Positions 9,297 through 19,345 of a stretch of DNA of 64,000 nt are shown in pieces (position 1 is the first letter of the stretch; every line of letters begins with the position of its first letter). The stretch is taken from positions 768,001-832,000 of the forward strand of contig CAVZQN010000004.1 in the NCBI GenBank assembly GCA_963777505.1, written 5' to 3'. The notes under the pieces are model-generated. The model had not been told where the DNA came from. It worked only from the letters and a program-made list of their open reading frames with translations, and did no database searches. This DNA is from an uncultured bacterium. GTDB lineage: Bacteria; Acidobacteriota; HRBIN11; JAKEFK01. The translations under genes and the position numbers were made by a program.

Positions 9297-10187
9297 ATGC
9301 CACATTATCCCTTTTACCAGGTGGACGCATTTACAGATAAACCGCTTGAAGGCAATCCATGCGCCATTATTTTGAATGCTGATGATCTGCAGTCCACAAT
9401 GATGCAACAAATTGCACTTGAAAATAATCTTTCCGAAACTTCATTTGTATTGCGCTCAGAGGTCGCTGATTTTCGCGCACGCTACTTTACGCCTGCTGAG
9501 GAAATTCCGCTTGCGGGTCATCCTACAATTGCCACCATTCATTTGCTTGCAGAAACGGGGAAAATCAAACTAAAAGACACGAAAACAACAGTCACATTGG
9601 AGTTGAAGGCTGGAGTCATTCCAATTGAGCTTGAGTCTAAAGCATCTGGCAATGTGCTGATTACAATGAATCAGCTAAAACCTCAATTTCTATCCACGTA
9701 TAAAGCTGATGAAATTGCGAGCGCATTTTCGCTCACACCTGAAGACATTTTGTCAGATTCTCCAGTACAGACAGTAAGCACCGGGACACCCCAGCTGATG
9801 ATTCCACTCCGGAATCAGGAAAGTTTGCGAAAGGCTGTTATCAATAATTCTCTTTATACTGAGTTGCGTAAACGTGCAGATTTTTTTAGCGCGCATCTGT
9901 TTTGTCTTCAAGGCTTCACAAAAGCAGGACACACCTCGGCAAGGCACTTCGGCACTCCACCTGACACTTTTGAAGATCCATTCACAGGTTCAGCAACAGG
10001 CGGGATGGCTGCATACGTCTGGCACTATGGATTGATCAAAGAGCCACACTTTATTGCTGAGCAAGGTCATTGGATGAACCGGCCTGGCAAAGCACAGATC
10101 GAAGTTATCGGTACACGAGATGACATTCAAACTGTGAGGGTTGGCGGTACTGCTGTAACAGTTTTGAAAGGTGAATTGCTTCTATAG
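9297..10187 (+). CDS. PhzF family isomerase
   Basis: QVDAFT...GNP, NLSETSF, E.PLAGHPT, EDPFTGSA motifs. Confidence 0.92.
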   Translation: MPHYPFYQVDAFTDKPLEGNPCAIILNADDLQSTMMQQIALENNLSETSFVLRSEVADFRARYFTPAEEIPLAGHPTIATIHLLAETGKIKLKDTKTTVTLELKAGVIPIELESKASGNVLITMNQLKPQFLSTYKADEIASAFSLTPEDILSDSPVQTVSTGTPQLMIPLRNQESLRKAVINNSLYTELRKRADFFSAHLFCLQGFTKAGHTSARHFGTPPDTFEDPFTGSATGGMAAYVWHYGLIKEPHFIAEQGHWMNRPGKAQIEVIGTRDDIQTVRVGGTAVTVLKGELLL

Positions 10188-10258
10188 ATCAGGATCATGA
10201 TCGATCAGATCATGAGCACGATTACGTTTTTTGAGAAGCGGTATATTATCTATGGACG

Positions 10259-11599
10259 ATGGAAATAGAGCCGCTTTCGTGGCAAACAGTTCTTACTCGA
10301 TTTGCGATCGTTTTTGTTTTAATTCTTATTAACGGATTTTTCGTTGCAGCAGAATTTGGTTTAGTCGGTGCCCGCAAAACCAGACTGCAGGAACTGGCGA
10401 AAAAAGGGAATCGTCTTGCCAAACATGCCGAAAAGTTGGCACACAATCTTGATGAAGCGATCGCTGCTACACAACTCGGAATTACGATTGCGAGTTTGTT
10501 GGTAGGTTGGATCGGTGAAGAAACCCTCGCCGAAGTCTTCATGACTTTCTTTCATTTTCTTCCCACCTTCTGGGCCGGAGTCGCTTCTCATACTGTTGCG
10601 GTCGCATGTGCATTCGCTTTAATTACGCTGATGCACGTTGTCATCGGTGAATTAATTCCTAAAAGCGTTGCGATTCAATATCCAAATCGGACCGCGATCT
10701 ATGTCTCACAGCCAATGCGTGTTGTTATGTTGATCTTCAAGCCATTTGTGTGGGTATTAAATGGCATTGGCAACTCAGGATTGCGTCTTCTTGGGTTGCC
10801 TCCCGCAAAAGGTCACCAGATGGTTCATTCCGTTGAAGAATTAAAATTAGTCATCGATGCAAGCCATCAAGGTGGCGCGCTGGATTCGCTCGAAAAGGAT
10901 TTATTAACGAAGGTCTTCAAGTTTGGCGATCTTGTTGCGCGCCAGGTCATGGTTCCCCGAACCGAAATGAGCTGCATTCCGATTAATGCGAACCTCGATG
11001 AAGTTGTTGATGTCGCAAGCCGCACAGGACATACACGATTTCCAATCTATCAAAAAGATATTGATGACATTGTTGGAATCTTACACATGAAAGATGTGGT
11101 AATTCTGTTGCAAGCAGGAAATCCGTTTTTAATTAACCGCATCATGAAGGAAACCCATTTCGTTCCCGAGCAAATGCCTATCGTGAAACTACTCACTTTT
11201 ATGAAGCAGAAACATACACAGATGGTCGTTGTTGTGGATGAATTTGGCGGAACTTCAGGCTTAGTTACGCTGGAAGATGTAATTGAAGAAATTATCGGCG
11301 ATTTTTACGATGAACATCATCCTGGGGATCACGACATACTTAAGATTAGTGGAAATGAGATTGTAGTTCGCGCCCGCGTTCGGGTGGGTGAAATTAATGA
11401 GCGGTTTCATTTAAAATTGGAAACCGAAGAGGTGGACACAATTGGTGGATTTGTGTTACACAAATTAGGTGCCATTCCGCATGTTGGGGACACGATGGAA
11501 GTGCCAGGGGCATTGATTAAAGTCGAAGAAATGTCGCGTCAGAAAATCAAAACACTTCGTATTTATTTGCGTCAACCTCAACCCGCCGAGGTCGAATGA
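10259..11599 (+). CDS. hemolysin/CNNM family protein (DUF21-CBS-CBS-CorC)
   Basis: NGFFVAAEF, GELIPKS, VMVPRTE, VVDEFGGTSGLVTLEDVIEEIIG. Confidence 0.93.
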   Translation: MEIEPLSWQTVLTRFAIVFVLILINGFFVAAEFGLVGARKTRLQELAKKGNRLAKHAEKLAHNLDEAIAATQLGITIASLLVGWIGEETLAEVFMTFFHFLPTFWAGVASHTVAVACAFALITLMHVVIGELIPKSVAIQYPNRTAIYVSQPMRVVMLIFKPFVWVLNGIGNSGLRLLGLPPAKGHQMVHSVEELKLVIDASHQGGALDSLEKDLLTKVFKFGDLVARQVMVPRTEMSCIPINANLDEVVDVASRTGHTRFPIYQKDIDDIVGILHMKDVVILLQAGNPFLINRIMKETHFVPEQMPIVKLLTFMKQKHTQMVVVVDEFGGTSGLVTLEDVIEEIIGDFYDEHHPGDHDILKISGNEIVVRARVRVGEINERFHLKLETEEVDTIGGFVLHKLGAIPHVGDTMEVPGALIKVEEMSRQKIKTLRIYLRQPQPAEVE

Positions 11600-12120
11600 A
11601 GCAGCCGGCAATCCGGACTCAAACTAAAGCAGCTTTCCCTTTCCTCAGTTCTTATCCATTTCTGGATTTCATGTATGAATTGAACTTTTTGTTTGATCAA
11701 CTCAACAGGCGTTTCTGGGATGGAATGCTTCCAAGATTTGAATGTGAATGGTCGAGCAGAATGACTACAACCTGGGGCTGTTGTTATCGTTCAGCGCGTT
11801 TAATTCGAATCAGCAGTTTTTTCAAAAGGCGGCCACTTGCGGAAGTTGTTGCCGTTTTATTGCACGAGATGGCGCATATTCAACATCCAGGACATGGGGT
11901 TTCATTTAGAAAAGAATTGCAAAGGATTGGAATGGCAAACGATGTGGAAGGACATTTTCCACATTTGAATGATTTAACGAATGCAATGCGCCGCGCCTTG
12001 CGTTATCAGTATGAGTGTCCTCGCTGCCATCTTCGCATCCAGAGACGGCGTAAAATTCGAGGCTACTGCGCCGATTGTTATAATGCCGGCTCACTCTCCC
12101 GCTTTCGTCTAGTTCTTTGA
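11596..12120 (+). CDS. SprT-like metalloprotease
   Basis: WSSRMT..G, HEMAH zinc motif, downstream HG..F, C-terminal CxxC pairs. Confidence 0.85.
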   Translation: MKQPAIRTQTKAAFPFLSSYPFLDFMYELNFLFDQLNRRFWDGMLPRFECEWSSRMTTTWGCCYRSARLIRISSFFKRRPLAEVVAVLLHEMAHIQHPGHGVSFRKELQRIGMANDVEGHFPHLNDLTNAMRRALRYQYECPRCHLRIQRRRKIRGYCADCYNAGSLSRFRLVL

Positions 12121-12130
12121 GCCTTTGCGG

Positions 12131-12871
12131 TTAGAATTTCGGTTTGCGTTTTTCCAAAAACGCCGCAACACCTTCAACGACATCCGGACTCTTCAACAAC
12201 TCTTCTTTATAAATTCTTTCTGCTTCTGAAAGCGCTGAATCAAAATCGAAATCCAGTGCCTTTCTTAGCACTGTCTTTAACGACCGCTGTGCATTCTTGC
12301 TGAGTGAAGTAAATTGTTTGATCATCTTTTGTAAATCATCATCAGTTTCATAAAGACGGTCGAGAATTCCAATTTCCAAAGCTTTCAAGGCGGTAATTGG
12401 TTCACCGCTCAGCAGCAGCATGTTCGCTCTTCGTCCAATGAATCGTGGGAGCAACACAGTTGCAACTGGAGGGAAGCATGCGATTGTAATCTCAGGAAAA
12501 CCGATCTTCGAAGTTTGCTCGGCAACGATGATGTCGCAGCATAATGCGAGTTCCATTCCGCCTCCGAGCGTGTATCCACGGATCGCGCAGAACGTTGTGC
12601 CTCCAAAGTGATACAACTTGCGAATCACATCATGAAACCGATCTAGCATTTCAGGAGCCATATCTGGTGTATGAATTTTTACATCGACACCAGTTGAAAA
12701 ATGCGGAAGCGATGACGCAATCACAAGAAACTCCGAACGTTTGGCTTCATCGATTGCCTGCGCAAGTTCTGACATCATTTCAAATCCGATAACGTTTAAA
12801 GGCGGATGATCAAGTTGTATTTGCGTTACATCATCGATTTGCGAAAAGTGAATTGTCTTGTATTCACTCAT
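12131..12871 (-). CDS. enoyl-CoA hydratase/isomerase family protein
   Basis: PPLNV, FSTGVD, GGGMELA..CD, GFPEI, EGVAAFLEKRKP. Confidence 0.9.
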   Translation of the reverse strand: MSEYKTIHFSQIDDVTQIQLDHPPLNVIGFEMMSELAQAIDEAKRSEFLVIASSLPHFSTGVDVKIHTPDMAPEMLDRFHDVIRKLYHFGGTTFCAIRGYTLGGGMELALCCDIIVAEQTSKIGFPEITIACFPPVATVLLPRFIGRRANMLLLSGEPITALKALEIGILDRLYETDDDLQKMIKQFTSLSKNAQRSLKTVLRKALDFDFDSALSEAERIYKEELLKSPDVVEGVAAFLEKRKPKF

Positions 12872-12875
12872 AGAG

Positions 12876-13769
12876 CTAATCCCAGAGAGGAGTGCTGAAA
12901 TATTTTTCGCCGCGGTCAGGAAAAATTGTGACAATATTTCCGTGTTTCATTCTCTTAGCAATTTCAATCGATCCAGCCAAAGCTGTACCGCAAGAAATTC
13001 CGCCAAAGATGCCTTCTTCCCGCGCAAGGCGCTTCGTATATTCATAAGCGTCCGCATCGTTAATCACCAGCTTTTCATCAATCATTGACCAATCCAGAAG
13101 TTCAGGCGTACGGCTTTCATCCATATTTCTCAGGCCCTGCTGGGTATGCTTTATTTGAGGCTCTAACGCAATGATCCGTACGTCAGGTTTTAGTTCCTTG
13201 AATCGTTTTGAAAGTCCCATGATGGTTCCACATGTTCCCAAACCTACCGTAACTACATCGATCTTTCCATCCAGGTCTTCCCAGATTTCATTTGCAGTGC
13301 CTTCATAATGCGAAAGCGTGTTATGAGGATTTGAATACTGGCGGGCATAAAAATATTTGCCGGGATTTTCACGATTCAATTTTTCAGCAATATCCCATGC
13401 TTCATCACTTCCACCTTTTTCAGATGTGAAGATGATTTCAGCACCCAAAGCTTTCAATAATTTTCTGCGTTCGATAGAAACTTTCTGCGGCATTACGATC
13501 GTAACCGGATACCCTTTGACGCATCCAACTAGGGCAAGCCCAATTCCTGTATTTCCGCTGGATGATTCAAGAATCGTCATTCCCTTTTTTAGAGTTCCGT
13601 CGCGTTCAGCGCCTTCCACAATGAAAAGTGCTGGCCTTTCTTTTACACTTCCCATTGGATTCGCGCCTTCAATCTTTGCCCAGATTGTGACTGATGGATG
13701 CTGCCAAATACGGTTGATACGCACCAACGGCGTCCGGCCGATTGTTTCTAATATGTTCTCGTACTTCAT
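12876..13769 (-). CDS. cysteine synthase family protein (CysK/CysM)
   Basis: IGRTPLV, KIEGANPMGSVKER (PLP Lys), SSGNTG, GTCGT, PDRGEKY. Confidence 0.92.
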   Translation of the reverse strand: MKYENILETIGRTPLVRINRIWQHPSVTIWAKIEGANPMGSVKERPALFIVEGAERDGTLKKGMTILESSSGNTGIGLALVGCVKGYPVTIVMPQKVSIERRKLLKALGAEIIFTSEKGGSDEAWDIAEKLNRENPGKYFYARQYSNPHNTLSHYEGTANEIWEDLDGKIDVVTVGLGTCGTIMGLSKRFKELKPDVRIIALEPQIKHTQQGLRNMDESRTPELLDWSMIDEKLVINDADAYEYTKRLAREEGIFGGISCGTALAGSIEIAKRMKHGNIVTIFPDRGEKYFSTPLWD

Positions 13770-13800
13770 AAGTAGAAGAAGCAATCCAGTATTTTTGATT

Positions 13801-13890
13801 TACGAACAACGAATATCGAATACATACGAACCAGTCCCCAGTCCTGGGTAAAGGGGCATCTTCGTAAATCGTAAATCGTTATTCGTTATT
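13801..13890. repeat. inverted array of degenerate 7-mers (ACGAATA-like)
   Basis: TACGAAC/AACGAAT/ATCGAAT on the left, TTCGTAA/ATCGTAA/ATCGTTA/TTCGTTA on the right. Confidence 0.55.
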
Positions 13891-13963
13891 GGTACTTCAA
13901 ATGTGTGGTTCATCGTATATAGCCTACTGACCGAAGTTGTCTGCTGTATGTTTGCAGGAGGTT

Positions 13964-14446
13964 TTAAATGAGCTGTTGTTTTCCCGGCGATGCCCACGAG
14001 TAGTCATTTATTTTCCATTCCTTTTTTTCAAGAACAAGAAGATATCGCACAGGAATAACGATTCCGTTCTTACCCGTGAATATCCCTTCCACCGTGGCTT
14101 TGTCGTTTACAACTTGAACGTGTTTCAGGCTGTACTCAGCAAGTGGGAAAGCATCTGAGAAAGCATCGATTTCAGATTTGAAAGTCGCAAGACTGTGATT
14201 TTTCTGATATTCACCTGAAAAATATTCGTACGCCTTCTCCGTATCTCTTGCGTTTAACGCTTCAATGTGTTCTTTTGCAATCCTGGACGGGCCCGTGAAA
14301 GAGACGAAAAATTTTCCTGCGAATACCGCAAATAGAATTCCAACAATAATCAAGCATCCACAACCGCCCAATAGGAGTTTCAGCAGAATTGAATCTTTCG
14401 GCTTAGGCGGAACATCTGGATTCGGATCATTCGGATTCCAGTTCAT
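13964..14446 (-). CDS. DUF4864-like membrane-anchored protein
   Basis: GGCGC-containing TM segment, EKAYEYFS..YQ, C-terminal EWKI (NTF2-like). Confidence 0.7.
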   Translation of the reverse strand: MNWNPNDPNPDVPPKPKDSILLKLLLGGCGCLIIVGILFAVFAGKFFVSFTGPSRIAKEHIEALNARDTEKAYEYFSGEYQKNHSLATFKSEIDAFSDAFPLAEYSLKHVQVVNDKATVEGIFTGKNGIVIPVRYLLVLEKKEWKINDYSWASPGKQQLI

Positions 14447-15387
14447 CGGTTGGTCCCAGCTGTTCTATACCAATCTGCGGTGAGCTTTAATCCTGCTTGA
14501 AGATCGAATGACGGTTGATATTTCAAAATCGATTTTGCTCGTGAGATATCCGCGAAAGAATGCATAATGTCCCCTTTGCGCGCAGGCTCATATTTTGGTG
14601 GAATATTGTTGCCAGTGAGCTGCTGGATTAAGACAAATAATTGATTCACACTGATTTGAGTTCCACAGCCAATGTTGTAAACGCCGCCCGGAGAAGAAGC
14701 AGAAGTTGCAGCTAACAAATTTGCTTGAGCACAATCTTCAACATACGCAAAATCACGCGTCTGTTCGCCGTTTCCATAAATAATGCATTCTTTCTTTTCA
14801 AGCATATTCCGAATGAAAATAGGAATAACTGCTGCATATTGAAGTAAAGGATTTTGTCTTGGCCCATAAATGTTGAAGTAGCGAAGGCTCACAGTTTCCA
14901 AACCATAAGCCTGATAAAAAACCTTGCAATAGTATTCATTTGTAATTTTGCTGATAGCGTATGGTGATTCTGGTGCCGGCAACATGTCTTCCCGTTTTGG
15001 AAGTTCCGGTGTTTCTCCGTATACAGCAGATGAACTTGCACATATAACTCTACTGACACCGGCATCGCGGCACGCAACTAAAACATTCAAAGTGCCGGTA
15101 ATATTCACAGCATTTGTTCCTGCCGGATCTTCGATAGAACGCGGAACCGAACCACGTGCCGCTTGATGAAAGACCCAATCCATTCCTTTGACGGCTTTTT
15201 GAACTGTATCCATATCTTCAATGGAGCCGTCAATAATCTCTACATCTTTTTTAAAGTCTGACAATGTTTCGTGACTTCCTGTTTCAAAATTATCAATAAG
15301 CCGAACGGTGTGTCCGTTGTTTAACAATAGTTGAACTAAATGCGATCCAATAAAACCAGCTCCACCTGTAACGAGACAACGTTTCAT
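14443..15387 (-). CDS. NAD-dependent nucleotide-sugar epimerase (WbpP-like)
   Basis: TGGAGFIGSH, HQAARGSVPRS, SPYAISK, LRYFNIYGPRQ. Confidence 0.92.
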   Translation of the reverse strand: MKRCLVTGGAGFIGSHLVQLLLNNGHTVRLIDNFETGSHETLSDFKKDVEIIDGSIEDMDTVQKAVKGMDWVFHQAARGSVPRSIEDPAGTNAVNITGTLNVLVACRDAGVSRVICASSSAVYGETPELPKREDMLPAPESPYAISKITNEYYCKVFYQAYGLETVSLRYFNIYGPRQNPLLQYAAVIPIFIRNMLEKKECIIYGNGEQTRDFAYVEDCAQANLLAATSASSPGGVYNIGCGTQISVNQLFVLIQQLTGNNIPPKYEPARKGDIMHSFADISRAKSILKYQPSFDLQAGLKLTADWYRTAGTNR

Positions 15388-16049
15388 AATTCTCTCTTTT
15401 TTTTCTTTGCGACTCTTCGGTTTATCTTAATTCTTTTTGCACACAACGATTCAGCTACGCAAATACTGCATAATGGCCGGATCGGTTTACAAACATTTTT
15501 GCCATGAAATACAAGCAGATCATTAATAGCAAGCCAATCTTCTTCTCCAATGATTTTTCGAAGTGCCATTTCCGTTTTTTCAGGAGTTTTAGTGCGGACC
15601 CAACCCAATCGATTCGATATCCGATGCACATGTGTATCCACTGGAATTGCAGCTTGTGCGAATGCATAGACCAGGACGCATGATGCAGTCTTTCTTCCTA
15701 CGCCAGGCAGGCTGAGCAATTCCTCCATGTCCGAAGGAACTTTGCCGGCATATTTCTCCATCAGTAACCGCGAAACATTGATGATTCGCCGTGCTTTTGT
15801 TTTGTAAAACCCAGTTTTCTTTACGAGTTTTTCGATGCGCTTGACCGGAGCCGCTGCAAGACTGGCACAATCCGGATACACTCTAAAGAGTTCACGAGCT
15901 ACGATTTCTGTTGTTTCATCGCGACTGCGTGCGCTTAAAATTGTAGCAATCAGAGTCTGCCATGGATCATCCTGGCCGAAATTACCAAGCATCGTCCGGC
16001 CATGATAAACCTGGAGCTTTTCGAGTATCTTCTTATATTCGAGGTGCAT
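15384..16049 (-). CDS. nth: endonuclease III
   Basis: LIATILSA, HhH motif LPGVGRKTA, VDTHV, CxxxxxxCxxCxxxxxC 4Fe-4S motif. Confidence 0.92.
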   Translation of the reverse strand: MHLEYKKILEKLQVYHGRTMLGNFGQDDPWQTLIATILSARSRDETTEIVARELFRVYPDCASLAAAPVKRIEKLVKKTGFYKTKARRIINVSRLLMEKYAGKVPSDMEELLSLPGVGRKTASCVLVYAFAQAAIPVDTHVHRISNRLGWVRTKTPEKTEMALRKIIGEEDWLAINDLLVFHGKNVCKPIRPLCSICVAESLCAKRIKINRRVAKKKKREL

Positions 16050-16050
16050 T

Positions 16051-16126
16051 TTAGTGCCAAAGTAATAAGTAATGAGTGCTGAGTTTGGAGCTCGCTCAGC
16101 ACTCGTTGCTCTGTACTATTGCACTG
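16051..16126. repeat. inverted array of degenerate 7-mers (AGTGCTG-like)
   Basis: AGTAATA/AGTAATG/AGTGCTG/AGT facing CTCAGCACTC...TACTATTGCACT. Confidence 0.55.
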
Positions 16127-16178
16127 GTAACGTACTGAAAAGATTAAGTTTACAGGGCATAAGCCTTATGGTAACATA

Positions 16179-16922
16179 ATGTCCTTTATGTTCGATGAGT
16201 TAGAGCAGCGGATAGGGTATACCTTCCAGGATAAAGATATTTTGCTGCGCGCCATGACGCATCGTTCTTATTCGCACGAGATTCCGGAAAGCCTGATTCA
16301 GGACAATGAAACCCTCGAATTTCTTGGCGATTCGATTTTGGGTTTTATCATCAGCGAACTGCTCTTCATAGCGTATGCTCACCGATATACCGAAGGGCTG
16401 ATGTCAAAGGTGAAATCGTACATTATCAGCACCGAGATCTTGGGCATGAAAGCGCGAGAGATAGAACTCGGGAATTATCTTTTGCTTGGACGAGGCGAAG
16501 AAAAAACAGGCGGGCGCAGCAAACGCTCTCTCCTTGCCAACACGTTTGAGGCATTAATTGCAGCAATTTATTTAGATGGTGGACTCGATCAAACGAAGCA
16601 ATTTGTTCATCGTTTTTTCAAACAAACGTTGGAAGAAGTTGTAGAAAAAGATTTCCATTTCAATGATTTCAAATCCCTGCTTCAAGAAAAATTGCAAAGT
16701 ATGGGAGAAATTCCACCTGATTATGAAATTGTTTTAGAAGAGGGTCCGCATCATCAGAAAGTTTTTCATGTAGACATCCGCATTCGTAATGTCGCAGTTG
16801 CAAGTGGCACAGGTTCAACAAAGAAAGAAGCGGAGCAAGATGCTGCACGAAAAGCTTATGAACAATTGCTGTCAGGCGAACTGGATTATTTGCTGGCCCG
16901 TCGTGAAAACCCCGTTTCATAA
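16179..16922 (+). CDS. rnc: ribonuclease III
   Basis: THRSY, NETLEFLGDS, FEALIAAIYLDGG, dsRBD with KKEAEQ.AA. Confidence 0.97.
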   Translation: MSFMFDELEQRIGYTFQDKDILLRAMTHRSYSHEIPESLIQDNETLEFLGDSILGFIISELLFIAYAHRYTEGLMSKVKSYIISTEILGMKAREIELGNYLLLGRGEEKTGGRSKRSLLANTFEALIAAIYLDGGLDQTKQFVHRFFKQTLEEVVEKDFHFNDFKSLLQEKLQSMGEIPPDYEIVLEEGPHHQKVFHVDIRIRNVAVASGTGSTKKEAEQDAARKAYEQLLSGELDYLLARRENPVS

Positions 16923-16960
16923 AAAACTCTCTGCGTGCTTAGCGGTTCATCCGCCGACAC

Positions 16961-17869
16961 ATGATTAAACCACAACGATTGCGTCTCGGTGATAGTGTCC
17001 GAATAATTGCACCTGCAAGTCCTGTAAAAAAGGAAATGTTTGATCGCGGTATTGAAGTCATCCGCGAGCTTGGCTTCGTTCCTGTGTATTCAGATCCATT
17101 TCGCAAATGGCGATATCTTGCCGGTGAGGATGTACATCGCAAAGCCGAACTGTTACAGGCATTGCAAGATCGCGAGAGTCGAGCAATTTTCTTCGCACGT
17201 GGAGGTTATGGTTGTTCCCGGTTGTTATCTGATACAACTTTTGAAAGTTCATTCCCTCCAAAAATTTTGTTGGGCTGTTCTGATATCACTTCACTCCATT
17301 TGTATTTTCAAACGCAGCACCAATGGATCATTTTTCACGGTCCAATGCCTTCCGGAGATTTTTCGCGCGGCCAATTACACAAAGACTCTTTTTTGAAAGC
17401 GCTTTGTAACGCTGAAGGGTATGAGTTGAATCCTGATGGTGTTCAATCCCTCAAAGAAGGAAATGCAGAAGGTATTTTAACGGGCGGTTGTTTAACGCTT
17501 TTGGATGCAGCGATTGGCACTCGGTGGGAACCTGATTTCAACAATAGCATTTTGTTTTTGGAAGATGTGTCCGTTAAACCCTATCAGATCGATCGAATGC
17601 TGACGCATTTGTTGCTCGCAGGTAAGCTTGAAGGTGTACAGGCATTTATTTTTGGTGAAATGAAAGATTGTGTGCAGATAGAAAATCAAGGTTACACCCT
17701 TCAGGAAGTGATTCTTGATGTTTTAGGCAAACTGGGTAAACCCATTTATTTTGGATTTCCTTCAGGTCATGTGAGCGGACTCAATTGGACAATTCCTCTG
17801 GGAGTTTCAGCACGAGTCGGTAGTGATCGTCAATTCCGATTAGAAATTCTTGAGAGTCCTGTCGAATGA
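16961..17869 (+). CDS. ldcA: LD-carboxypeptidase (S66)
   Basis: ARGGYG, GCSDIT, FHGP, LFLED, SGH. Confidence 0.92.
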   Translation: MIKPQRLRLGDSVRIIAPASPVKKEMFDRGIEVIRELGFVPVYSDPFRKWRYLAGEDVHRKAELLQALQDRESRAIFFARGGYGCSRLLSDTTFESSFPPKILLGCSDITSLHLYFQTQHQWIIFHGPMPSGDFSRGQLHKDSFLKALCNAEGYELNPDGVQSLKEGNAEGILTGGCLTLLDAAIGTRWEPDFNNSILFLEDVSVKPYQIDRMLTHLLLAGKLEGVQAFIFGEMKDCVQIENQGYTLQEVILDVLGKLGKPIYFGFPSGHVSGLNWTIPLGVSARVGSDRQFRLEILESPVE

Positions 17870-19257
17870 ATTCTGGAAACATCAAAAAAATTTACTTGAT
17901 CGGGATTTGCGGCACTGCCATGGCATCCCTTGCCGGTTTATTAAAGCAAAAAGGTTTTGAAGTTTCAGGGTCGGACGCAAATGTATACCCGCCTATGAGC
18001 ACCCAGCTTGAAGAATTGGGTGTTGAACTCTATCAAGGATATCGTGAAAAAAATCTTAGCGATGCTGCCCCTGATCTTGTGATACCAGGAAATGCAGTTC
18101 CGCGTGGCAATGCAGAAGTTGAAGAAATGTTGAATCGTCGCATGCCTTACATTTCAATGGCAGAAGCGCTGAAGAATTTTTTTCTGAATGAAAAGATCCC
18201 AATTGTAATTGCCGGCACGCATGGAAAAACAACAACAACTTCAATGGCTTCCTGGATGTTGCAATCTTCAGGCTTAGAGCCTTCATTTCTTGTTGGTGGC
18301 ATTCCATTAAATTTTGGAAAGAGTTTCCATTGGAATTCCCCCGGCAAATATTTTGTAATTGAAGGCGATGAATATGATACCGGCTTTATGGATCGGCGTC
18401 CGAAGCTGGTTCAATATCTTCCGCAAATTGTGATTTTAAATGCTGTCGAATTTGATCACGCCGATTTGTATTCTGATTTTTCTGCAGTTGAAAATGCATT
18501 CTGGCAATTCATCAAAGTGATTCCTGCAAATGGCAAACTTCTTGTGAACCGTGATAGTGATGCCGCGTATACACTTGCGAAGCGCGGATACAGTGAAGTC
18601 ATTACCTTCGGTTTTCATCCTGATAGTGATTTTCGTATTACGAATGAAGAATGGGATTCAGGAGAGGCGACCTTCTTTCTGAAGGATGATCGGTTCAAAA
18701 TGAAAGTCTTTGGCAAGCATAATGTTGTGAATGCGGCGGGTGTTGCCGTTCTTGGAAAAATACTTGGTTTGACACCCCAACAGATCCAAACCGCATTTCA
18801 TTCGTTTCAAGGAGTGAGGAGACGAATGGAATTGCGGGGCGAAGCGGGGAGCGTTTCAGTTTATGACGACTTCGCACATCACCCGACGGCTATCCGGACA
18901 ACGCTTGAAGGGGTTCGCCTCGCATTTCCAAATGCAAAAATCTGGGCAATTTTTGAGCCCCGTTCCTGGTCAAGCCGCAGAAATGTATTTCAAGACGCAT
19001 TTGCAAAATCATTCGATTTTGCTGATCAAACTATTATTGCATCCGTGTTTGAGCCGGAAAAAGTTCCTGAAGATCAACGATTGGATCCATATCGACTTGT
19101 AAGGGAAATTGGTAATCGTGCACGATACATCAACGATCAGGATGAACTCATTGCTGCTATCATTCGCGAAACCGCGTCCGGTGACAAATTGATTCTGATG
19201 TCAAACGGTTCCTTTGATGGCTTACATGAAAAGATTCTTGCGGAATTGCAGAAGTAG
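17866..19257 (+). CDS. mpl: murein peptide ligase
   Basis: GICGTAM, YPPMSTQL, GTHGKTTT, EGDEYD, DDFAHHPTAI, FEPRS, MSNGSF. Confidence 0.93.
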   Translation: MNSGNIKKIYLIGICGTAMASLAGLLKQKGFEVSGSDANVYPPMSTQLEELGVELYQGYREKNLSDAAPDLVIPGNAVPRGNAEVEEMLNRRMPYISMAEALKNFFLNEKIPIVIAGTHGKTTTTSMASWMLQSSGLEPSFLVGGIPLNFGKSFHWNSPGKYFVIEGDEYDTGFMDRRPKLVQYLPQIVILNAVEFDHADLYSDFSAVENAFWQFIKVIPANGKLLVNRDSDAAYTLAKRGYSEVITFGFHPDSDFRITNEEWDSGEATFFLKDDRFKMKVFGKHNVVNAAGVAVLGKILGLTPQQIQTAFHSFQGVRRRMELRGEAGSVSVYDDFAHHPTAIRTTLEGVRLAFPNAKIWAIFEPRSWSSRRNVFQDAFAKSFDFADQTIIASVFEPEKVPEDQRLDPYRLVREIGNRARYINDQDELIAAIIRETASGDKLILMSNGSFDGLHEKILAELQK

Positions 19258-19345
19258 AGGCGGCCCGTGTGGCCGCCCGCAAGTGTGTTCATTTGAGGCG
19301 GGAGACCACAAGGGTCTAAAAGGTGCAACAGTTTAAGGAGAATTT

